Assembly (NCBI GenBank): GCA_964016885.1
Contig: OZ024758.1
Location: 22,692,001-22,756,000, forward strand
Length of the DNA: 64,000 bases
Direction: 5' to 3'
From: Eledone cirrhosa
Lineage: Eukaryota
This document shows, one piece after another, positions 54,584 to 64,000 of this stretch (its first letter is position 1; the number at the start of each line of letters is the position of its first letter). A program made the position numbers and the translations under genes. Below the pieces are notes generated by a model. That model was not told where the DNA came from, did not search any database, and worked only from the letters and a program-made list of their open reading frames with translations.

Positions 54584-55010
54584 CGGACCTGCCAACATCT
54601 AAAAACCGAAACGGGAACTACCATGAAACACAGTGCCCCCAAAACGGGGAGAAATGAGGCAAAATGGGGAGATTTTTACATAATGAAAGCTATACCCATT
54701 TTCACAAGAGAGAACATCTTTCACCCGCTCTAAAGTGGGTGGGAGATTTTCCGGTCCGACGGGGAGAGTTGACAGGTCTGTTTTTTACTCAGCAAAGTTA
54801 ACCTTACCAAACATCTTAGGTCTCATAAAAAGGTTGGGGAGATTTTTACATAATGAAAGCTATACCCATTTTCACTAGAGAAGACATCTGTCACCCACCC
54901 CAAAGTGGGTGGGAGGTCTCCCTGTTGGACGGGGAGAATTGACAGGTCTGTTTTTTTATTTTTATTTTTTTTTTATTTTTTACTCGGCTTAGTCAACCCT
55001 ACCAAATAAT
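54584..55010. mobile_element. TIR element (CGGACCTGCCAAC...GTTGACAGGTCTG, 54584-54780) plus a diverged ~170-bp tandem duplication
   Basis: Inverted termini, and TGGGGAGATTTTTACATAATGAAAGC repeated at ~54665 and ~54835. Confidence 0.6.
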
Positions 55011-55480
55011 TCAGGGTTCGTAAAAAGGTTAATTACTTCCAATCTAAATTTAACCACCTGTGATGACACCAGAAACCAGAATGTAGTCACAGGAAAATAT
55101 AAAAACAAAAACAACCTTCGATATTTGAGAAAACGTGCCCACACCCTTCCGCAACATAGCTATAAATTATGTATTGTCGGTGAATAAGTGGCTTAAAATA
55201 GTTAATTTCTGAGATATTATTTATGGCATTTAAGTAAAATGGTATTTTTTCCTCTCAAGTATTTCCGTTCATTATTTGTTTTGCCCCCCCCCCCCCCCTC
55301 TTCTCAAAATATCATTTAGAAAAGTCTGTCCGAAAGGTAAACACAACACAGGGTGTCCCCAAAAAATGTATACACATTTCAGCAGCATTCTAATAAATAT
55401 TGCCTGTACAGGTAATCAAAGTGTGTATACTTTTGGGGGAGGAGATGGGGGGCGGGGGTCCTATATATATATATATATAA

Positions 55481-55561
55481 GTTTTAATACAGATGAGATT
55501 CTACAGGACTAGAACTGTTTCATTCTTTAGAAATCATCAGGAATCTCATCTATATTAAAAC
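55481..55561 (-). ncRNA. Type I hammerhead ribozyme with ~21-bp stem I
   Basis: Same core as 45271 (loop II TAAA). Stem I is formed by 55481-55501 and 55541-55561. Confidence 0.85.
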
Positions 55562-55679
55562 TTTTATACTCTGCAATGTATTGAGTACCTTTCTTACTGT
55601 GGTTACCTCCGATTCAACCCGGAATTACGTATATATATATATATATATATACATATATATACATATATACACACACACA

Positions 55680-55813
55680 CAGGTAAAATTCCGTTATAAC
55701 GAAATTTCTTTCAATTCCCGAGGTAATAAACAAATGCTCGATTTGTTCCGGTCGATAACGTCGTTACGATTTTTTTTTTATACCCCGTGGATTTCGTTAT
55801 AACGGAATTCCAG
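55680..55813. mobile_element. Short TIR element (MITE)
   Basis: AATTCCGTTATAACGAAAT / ATTTCGTTATAACGGAATT inverted repeats. Confidence 0.7.
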
Positions 55814-56088
55814 AGTGTGTGTGTGTGTGTGTGAGTGCGTTCCAATTAGCATCTCAATATTTAAGTTGTTTTTACCTGGAATTTACAGTTATTGCGGCAA
55901 AATGTCATCGAAGGACTTCCAATATTTACAGTTTGTTTGTTTCATAAAGAAACTGGTGTTTGTTAATTTCAAAATATTTTTATCAACGTCACGTTTATAT
56001 ATAAATAACCAAAGATTAATATGGTTCATTGATTACTCAATGAATATAGTTTTACTATAGATTAAAGTTTTCTGGAGTTATTAATATT

Positions 56089-56422
56089 ATTCAAAATATT
56101 TATAAATGAAGACGTTCACATAATCAAAATATGTTTTATTATATATATTTCGGAGGTACTGTGCTGTTTTTTCAATACGTCCTCATCAGATAAGATACAT
56201 GAATTGATGTATGACATACCTCAACTGTTTTGATGGTTCAATTCCATTCTACTGCCAAGACTGGAATTGAACCATCAAGACAGTTGAGGTATGTCATACA
56301 TCAATTCATGTATTTTATCTGACGAGGACGTACTGAAAAAAACAGCACAGTACCTCCGAAATATATATAATAAAAGATATATTTTGATTATGTGAACGTC
56401 TTCATTTATGAATATTTTGAAT
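56089..56422. mobile_element. Palindromic hammerhead-bearing element related to 3021-3337
   Basis: Imperfect ~160-bp inverted arms. Plus-strand core TTTTAT-CTGACGA-GGACGTACTG...CAGTACCTCC-GAAA-TATATA-TA-ATAAAA at 56313-56375, with a mirror CTGATGA core at ~56134-56195. Confidence 0.8.
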
Positions 56423-56883
56423 CACCTTCATGACTCACCCACACACACACCCCCCCAAACATTTTTTTTCCCACACACACGTGCGTTCCGCCACATATTT
56501 ACACATTCAGCCTCCGGATTCCTCTCCCCCCACCCCTCTATCCACACACGCACACACACTCCGACCTACACCCCACCCCACACACACACCTCTTCCTGAA
56601 CATGCAACCCCGTTCTTCCCCCAACCCTTGCTTTCACATACACACCTACACACACACACCACCTTCAGCCCTCCCCGCTCGGACACCCCGTCTCCCTCTC
56701 CCCACTCCACCCGCCACCACCCCCACACCCTTCCACCACCTGTTTTACCCCATTTTAATTTTATTTTGATCATGTTTTTATTTTTATTTTCATTAGCACC
56801 GTTTCCTCCCACCCCCTTTCGCTATATGTCTCTCCACCACTCCCCTACACACCCTTTGAACTCTCTTCCCACACACTTTTCAC

Positions 56884-56911
56884 CTGAAGAAGGGCTTATG
56901 CCCGAAACGTC
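56884..56911 (+). ncRNA. Penelope-type minimal hammerhead-like core
   Basis: CTGAAGA-A-GGGC(TTAT)GCCC-GAAA-CG-TC. No clear stem I. AATAAA lies about 40 nt downstream. Confidence 0.55.
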
Positions 56912-57020
56912 GTTCCCCGCCACCACCCCACTCTCAAGAGCGTGAAATTAATAAACATTCGTTGTACTGCCTCTCTGTTTAGTTCCTGTTCAAATTTTCC
57001 ATTATATATATATATATTAT

Positions 57021-57115
57021 ATAATATATAAGATCAAAAGATGGTTAAAGGAGTTCCATGTATTTTAATAAAATACATGGAACTCCTTTAACCATCTTTT
57101 GATCTTATATATTAT
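57021..57115. repeat. Perfect palindrome with 47-bp arms and a 1-nt centre
   Basis: ...AGATCAAAAGATGGTTAAAGGAGTTCCATGTATTTTA-A-TAAAATACATGGAACTCCTTTAACCATCTTTTGATCT... Confidence 0.9.
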
Positions 57116-57201
57116 GTATACTCCAGTCCTACAAACTGTAGAGTGCTTCTTATCCGATATCTGCATTGCTTTATTGTACTACAATAAAACTCACCTCCTA
57201 C

Positions 57202-57233
<32 letters not shown>

Positions 57234-57431
57234 ATTGTCTTTCTTCGTCTCACCTTTTTAGGCTCCACCCAAACGCTGTTAAAATGAAATTCTCATCTGT
57301 GTCCCATAAATTTAATAATGAAAGAAAAGTTCACAAGGAAACAATATGAGGCTTTAAAAGCAAAAACCTGTATTAATAACATTTAGAACAGTGACCAAAT
57401 ATCTAGGTAAGTGAGAGATGGCAATGCTTCA

Positions 57432-57512
57432 CTGCACACACCTGGACACAATGAATTAGTAATTTATTTAAACACTATGCATGTACCAACATTAAATACA
57501 CCTATATATATT

Positions 57513-57556
<44 letters not shown>

Positions 57557-57810
57557 CAAATATGCATAAACACTGATGTTATTGTGTAGTTAACTATCAT
57601 ATTCACACAAACACACACACATATATATATATACGGATAAACATACACACAGTGTTGTTTATTGAGTAGATAACTAACATATACACACATATATACGCAT
57701 ACACACTGGTGTTATTGTGCAGAGCTGCACACACCTGGACACAATGAATTAGTATTTTATTTAAACACTATGCATGTACCAACATTAAATACACCTATCT
57801 ATATTTACAT

Positions 57811-57875
<65 letters not shown>

Positions 57876-58085
57876 CAAATACGCATAAACAGCAGTGTTA
57901 TCTGTATGTAACTAATACACATACACACTGATGTTATTGTGTAGTTAACTATCATATTCACACAAACACACACACACATATATATATATATATACGGATA
58001 AACATACACACAGTGTTGTTTATTGAGTAGATAACTAACATATACACACATATATACGCATACACACTGGTGTTATTGTGCAGAT
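57432..58085. repeat. Local tandem duplication of ~290-350 bp
   Basis: CACACCTGGACACAATGAATTAGTA...TGGTGTTATTGTGCAGA occurs twice. Confidence 0.85.
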
Positions 58086-58142
58086 AGCTAACATATATAC
58101 ACACATATACGCAGAAACAGGTGTTATTTGAGTAGGTAACTA

Positions 58143-58173
<31 letters not shown>

Positions 58174-58594
58174 TACACATTGGTGTTATTTATTGTGTAG
58201 CTAACTAATATATATTCACACATATACACACATTAACATATATATACACACACTAACATATACACACACACACTAACATATATACATACACAGACACACA
58301 TATATATATATATATACGCATAAACGTTGGTGTCATTTATTGTGAAGATGATTCAAAAATATAGTAAAGCACCGCCAGTCATGCGTGTGTGTGTGTACGA
58401 GAGAGCTCGGTGTGTGTGTGTGCGTGTCTGTGTGTGTGTCTGTGTACGAGAGAGCTATGTAACCATGAAAGATAATCAGAAATATAAACGGATTCTCAAA
58501 ATGACAAATACAAGGATGGAAATTTCCAAGTGTAACTGCGTCGAATGCTAATGAAATATCCACCACAAGCTTTTTTCTTCTTCTCTATGCTGTT

Positions 58595-58640
<46 letters not shown>

Positions 58641-58651
58641 GAGAGAGAGAG

Positions 58652-58845
58652 AGAAATGGTTTCTACAGGACTAGAACTGTTTCATTCGGGAGAAATCATC
58701 AGGAAGCCCTCCTGGTGATTTCTCCCGAATGAAACAGTTCTAGTCCCGTAGAAGCCATTTCTATATTAAATATTTATGCTCTGCTAAGTATTGAGTACAC
58801 TACCTACTGTGGTTACCCCCGATTGAACCCGGGATAAACTTATAT
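58652..58845. mobile_element. Inverted hammerhead pair with 3' tail (45271 family)
   Basis: Minus-strand core at 58658-58708 is intact (CTGATGA). The plus-strand copy has CTGGTGA. The tail contains GTATTGAGTAC at 58788. Confidence 0.75.
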
Positions 58846-59136
58846 TTCACACTGCACCTTCTACCTGGAATTGCGACCGATTCCATTAGCAATTGGAAAG
58901 ACCAACGGAAACATTGTTTCCTCGATTCGACGAAAGTCGATCGATCGACTAATCGTTGTTTTGGTATTGTATGGTTGGGTTTTTTGCCTGCCGCAATTTT
59001 CAATTTGTCAAGCTATCTAAACGTTATGTTATTACTCTAAGGACCTACCCTTATTGAGTGCTTTGCTACTCATTCCTTATTGTAGGTCGACTTTGCTTGG
59101 CCACAGCCAAATCTTCGATTTTACTAAGCTTCCACT

Positions 59137-59195
<59 letters not shown>

Positions 59196-59699
59196 GGTCT
59201 TTTTCCAAATTAAAATATACCATTTAATCACAGATATTACACGAGTAATTTTCTTCGATTTTGACTCGAAGCGAAGGAAACAATTTAATAACTGCTTGTG
59301 GGTGAAACAAAAACAAGAAACATGCCGAAGGTTAAAGCTATCTAAATGGCAGAGAGATGGTTAACATAAGATCCGAGGTTAACTTTGCCTTTCATCCTTA
59401 CGGGGTCGATAAAATAAAGTACCAGTAATGTACTAGGTATTTGCTGGCCTTATGCCGAAAGTAGAAACAATTATATATATATCATAAACAAAGTTTCATA
59501 CACTCCATTATACAGTGGTGGCCATAACTGGACCCCCGAAACCAATGGTAGCACGTACATGTTAAGTGTATGAAACTTTGTTTATAGTAAATAAGCTCTC
59601 TTCCAACAGATCGAGCACTGTTTCCCTTGATCTTTCATCTACGAATTTCTACCAACTTATGTGTGTGTGTGTATATAATTTTGTATATATAATTTTTTT

Positions 59700-59902
59700 A
59701 TGGCTAAATATGAGTCTTGTTATACTGGAGTTTCACCTGTTTATCACAGGGTTATCAGACAACACTTGTTTGATGACCCTGTTGATAAACAGGTGAAACT
59801 CCAGAGTAACAAGACTCACTATTTAGCCATGAACAAAATGAATATTCAAATTCTACTTCCGTATTGAGTACTCTTTTTATTCAGCCGTTAACCACAACCG
59901 GA
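59700..59902. mobile_element. Palindromic element with hammerhead at 59765-59813 (+)
   Basis: CTTGT-TTGATGA-C-CCTGTT(GATA)AACAGG-T-GAAA-CTCCAGAG-TA-ACAAG. Inverted arms span 59700-59830, GTATTGAGTAC is at 59861, and the element ends in (AT)n. Confidence 0.7.
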
Positions 59903-60073
59903 TATATATATATAGTTAAAGACTTAGTTGATATGTAATCAACTGACTTATGTGTATAACAGATACGAAGCACTCAACTGCTAAAATACATGAGATGTAT
60001 AATTTTTCATGATATACCAGCATCATCGATCTTGACAGATCAAATTGACAGGCAAATATATATATATATATAT

Positions 60074-60237
60074 ATAACGAAGGAAATGTGGTAAGGAACC
60101 AGATGGACCATAACGCACCAAAGTACTCAATACTTAGGGTAGTAGAGTGGGTAATAGGAACGAGTAGGACCCCGACGGCTGAGCTCAAGCCGTCGAAACG
60201 GCTTGAGCTCAGCCGTCGGGGTCCCACTCGTTCCTAT
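60074..60237. mobile_element. Short hairpin element inserted in (TA)n, second copy
   Basis: Near-perfect hairpin at 60154-60237 containing GAAAC-GGCT(TGAGCTC)AGCC-GTC. Confidence 0.75.
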
Positions 60238-60363
60238 ATATATATATGTGTGTGTGTATGTATGTATGTATGTGTGTGTGTGTTAGGTAATTCCGAAGGA
60301 AAAGCAAAGGAAAAATGAGTGGTCCATGTATTGAACAAAGCTATTTAATAGCGTGTTTGTGTG

Positions 60364-60403
<40 letters not shown>

Positions 60404-60792
60404 TGCGTATGTGTGTTTGTGCGTATGTGTGTATGTGTGTATGTGTGTATGTGTGTTTGTGTGTATGTGTGTTTGTGTGTATGTGTGTTTGTGTGTATGT
60501 GTGTTTGTGTGTATGTGTGTTTGTGTGTATGTGTGTTTGTGTGTTTGTGCGTATGTGTGTATGTGTGTTTGTGCGTATGTATGTTTGTGCGTATGTATGT
60601 TTGTGCGTATGTGTGTGCGCATTGTCGTTACCTCTAGACAGACAGATAATACAGTTTATCCAGGCAACACACACAGATACATGTAACCAAACAATAACAA
60701 AGCAGTTATGACGGAAAAAACGAGGAAATTGAAACAGCTGAGAAAGAGTGTGTGTTGCTATCAACACAAGAACAGCGAATATAGCAGACGTA

Positions 60793-61045
60793 CAGAGTGG
60801 GGTTTACGTATAGGCTAAACAAGATATAGCTTAGGGCCCCCACTTTCTCGGGGCCCCGAAAAATTTGAAAAAAAAACCAAAACTGTGTACATTTCCAAAA
60901 TATAAGATAAAAAAAGAACTAAAATAATGCAATAGTTTTAAACAGTTTTCTGCTTTAATATTGAACGTTTTGCAGTTTTTATAACATATAAAGGGCCCCA
61001 TTATCTCAAATAGCTTAGGGCCACATCAAATCTAATTCGGCCCTG
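60793..61045. mobile_element. hAT-like MITE
   Basis: CAG...CGGCCCTG termini with an 8-bp target duplication CAGACGTA (60785-60792 and 61046-61053). Confidence 0.8.
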
Positions 61046-61199
61046 CAGACGTATTAAGTTTTTAAACAGGGTGGATAGTCGTATTTCTATTTTTTTTTTG
61101 TGTTTTTTTAGCATACAGACAAAGCTTTCTCGTTTATGTAACCATTGCCAACAGTAATAATTCCCTTCATTGGAACAATGTCACAGATTTGTACGGTAG

Positions 61200-61370
61200 A
61201 GGATATAGTCGATCGCACTGACCTGGGCAGTTATTGTCTTGACCCCCGGCGTTTTCCCCAATCTCAAGAGAGGGTCATCATGCGGTCATATTTTCCCAGA
61301 TATGGAAGCCATCAAGAGGACTGTGACCACGGAGATGCGGAGAATCGTCCCAGGAGTGCATGGAGACATG
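61200..61370 (+). pseudogene. mariner transposase C-terminal remnant
   Basis: VFPNLKR..GHIFPDMEAIKRTVTTEMRRI resembles the segment after YSPDL in mariner transposases. Confidence 0.6.
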
Positions 61371-62589
61371 GCAGAGGGACAGCACCCCCCCGCCCCTCCA
61401 AAAGAAAAACTGATTTCTCCAAGATCTATAAGTTACCATCTCCTAACTAAATAAATAAATACCGCAAGGCATTCGTTTAGTGGAATCGTTTGAGCGTCGG
61501 ACAAAATGCCCATGGAGTTCTATGTTCTGGGTTCAAATCCCACCCGAGTTCAACTTGGTCCGTCAACCTCCCAGGGTAGATTTCTATAATACATCCTAAA
61601 TGTGAATGGGATTTCATTAGATTTGTAGGGTTATTATCTTTTTTTTTTACTATTTCTGCAGTAGTACTAAGACTGACATTGTTTTTTAATAATGACAATA
61701 ATGGTTTTTAATTGAAGCACAAGGCCAACCATTTTAGAAGGAGGGGAAAGTCGATTAAATCGACTCCAGTACATTACTGGTACTTTATTTTTATCTACCT
61801 CGTAAGAATGAAAGGCGAAGCAATCCTCAGCGGGATTAACAATAACAACTAGTATACAACGTTGATAGGAGAGTGACTAAGATTGGTGGAAAAGCACAAC
61901 TACTATAGAGGGAGCAGATGGTGTTATACTATAAGAAAAGAATGACACCTAGAGAGATATAGATGGAAATCTAAGCGGCCAAACATATTTTCCCCATCCA
62001 CATCCTACAATGATTAAATAAGTGACGTTTCCGGAAGATATATATTATACAGACAGCCACAAATGTATTGTCAGGAAGTAGGAAAGAAAATGTCAACCTT
62101 ATTCTATGTCTGGCTCCCTTAGATTCCTATTATAAACTCTGATAAACCCCAACCCTCGTAGCCATTCGATGTTTAAAAAAAAAATCCTAATTAAATATTA
62201 TTAAGGATTATATTATTAAAATATCTTGTGTGTTGTAAAAATACAACCAATTTAACGTCCATAAACTTTAGCAACTAACGTATTTTCTATGTTTAGTAGT
62301 AGTAAAGTAAGTCACATTTACAAATTATGAAAAATATGAAGAATTTATTATATTTAAATAAATCGAAGGAAGAAAAGAGCCTTATGAGTGAAATAAATTA
62401 CTCCAATAGTAACCAGTTCGTATCTCTCTTTCTCTAGTGAGTGTCTGTGTCTCGGGGGTAACCTCTCTCTTCTGTGTGTGTATGTGTGTATGTGTGTATG
62501 TGTGTCTGTCTGTCTGTCTCTGTGTCTCTGTGTGTGCGTGCGTGCGTGCGTGCGTGCGTGTCTGTCTGTCTGTCTGTCTGTCTGTGTCT

Positions 62590-62629
<40 letters not shown>

Positions 62630-62630
<1 letters not shown>

Positions 62631-62738
62631 GGGCTTAATCACACCAAGGTACTCAATACATTAGAGTATACACAACAACATTTAATGTAGAAAAGGCTTC
62701 TACAGGACTAGAACCGTTTCATTCGAAAGAAATCATTC

Positions 62739-62783
<45 letters not shown>

Positions 62784-63231
62784 TATATACATACATATGT
62801 ATAGCTGTGTTTATGATATATAGTATGTATGTATTATGTGTACACACTACACACATCCAATGCCAGCTAAAGCCCCTTCCTCTAATATACTGGAAACACA
62901 CACACACACGCTCTCTCTCTCACACACACATACATATATATATATCGTTCTTCCTGGTACCAGATATATATAATACTTCTTCTTCCAAGCGTGAAACTAA
63001 TACACTTCATGTTACTGCATCCTCTTGTGTGTTCATTTTTTTGTTTCCTTGATCTATATATATATATATATATAGGTAGGTTGCCGAGGGGACAACAGTT
63101 AAAGCCGGTACTCAATACATTGATAGAGTATAAACATCTTTATTGTATATAGAAATGACTTCTACAAGACTAGAACAGTTTCATTCGTATGAAATCATCA
63201 ATACATATACGCGCGTGTGTGTGTATGTATG

Positions 63232-63319
<88 letters not shown>

Positions 63320-63392
63320 AGGATATTATCACCAGAATATTTTCCGGTAGGAAAGACTGACTGGCATTGGGTGTGCGTACATATACACAAAC

Positions 63393-63428
<36 letters not shown>

Positions 63429-63560
63429 GGTAAGTTATCTCGGGTTCAATCGGGGGTAACCACAATAAGTAAGGTACTCAATACATAGCAGAGTATAAAA
63501 GTTTTAATGTAGAAGAGATTCTACAGGACTAGAACCGTTTCATTCGTGAGAAATCATCAA
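62630..63560 (-). mobile_element. Three 5'-truncated copies of the 45271 hammerhead family (62630-62737, 63075-63200, 63425-63560) separated by microsatellites
   Basis: Each has (T)GATGA or ATGA, then TTTC-N4-GAATGAAAC..TTCTAGTC..GTAGAA, then GTATTGAGTAC on the minus strand. Confidence 0.75.
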
Positions 63561-64000
63561 TATATATATATATATATATATATATTACTCTCACAACAAC
63601 ACATACGTATATATGTGTCTGTGTATGTATGTATGTATATATATATATATAAGAGAGAGAAAGAGAGGTAGACATTTAGAGAGAATGGTAATCATACAAT
63701 CCAGTGTTCTAAACACAAGGAAACGTTCTATGAAAGAAATGTAGCAGTCACTAAAAAGAAACCCCGTTTTAATCTCTACTATAGAAATATATGTTTTTCA
63801 CTTAACCTTGTGCCTTTATATAATTCTATTAAAACAATATTTGTATTGCTTACATAAAGGTTTTATTTTTTTACACAAACAGTCACATTTACACAGCTTT
63901 ATGGATGTATATATAATTGTAAATTAATACACAGTCTCTCCCATTTCCTACTTTGTAATGCAGCACTTCGCTGGCCAGAAATGAATTACCAATGAGAGTG

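Overview
This is an AT-rich, microsatellite-rich animal genomic window. The repeat landscape suggests a cephalopod such as octopus, but that is inference only. It is mostly intronic or intergenic, with one credible coding exon (35638-36033, minus strand, product unidentified). About half the window is tandem DNA: a ~19.7 kb 47-bp satellite containing a 200-N gap, plus arrays with 45, 47, 49, 61, 77, 78 and 123 bp units. The rest is tRNA-derived SINEs, RTE-clade LINE remnants, piggyBac-, hAT-, Tc1/mariner- and pogo-like MITEs, and a Helitron. Almost all ORFs in the supplied track are repeat artefacts. The strongest signal is a set of short, often palindromic elements beside (TA)n tracts that carry type I hammerhead ribozyme cores (Penelope-like/retrozyme-like). 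Several otherwise dissimilar families share a GTATTGAGTAC motif near their ends. A second theme is that tandem arrays have grown from inside mobile elements, notably from a ~47-bp SINE module.
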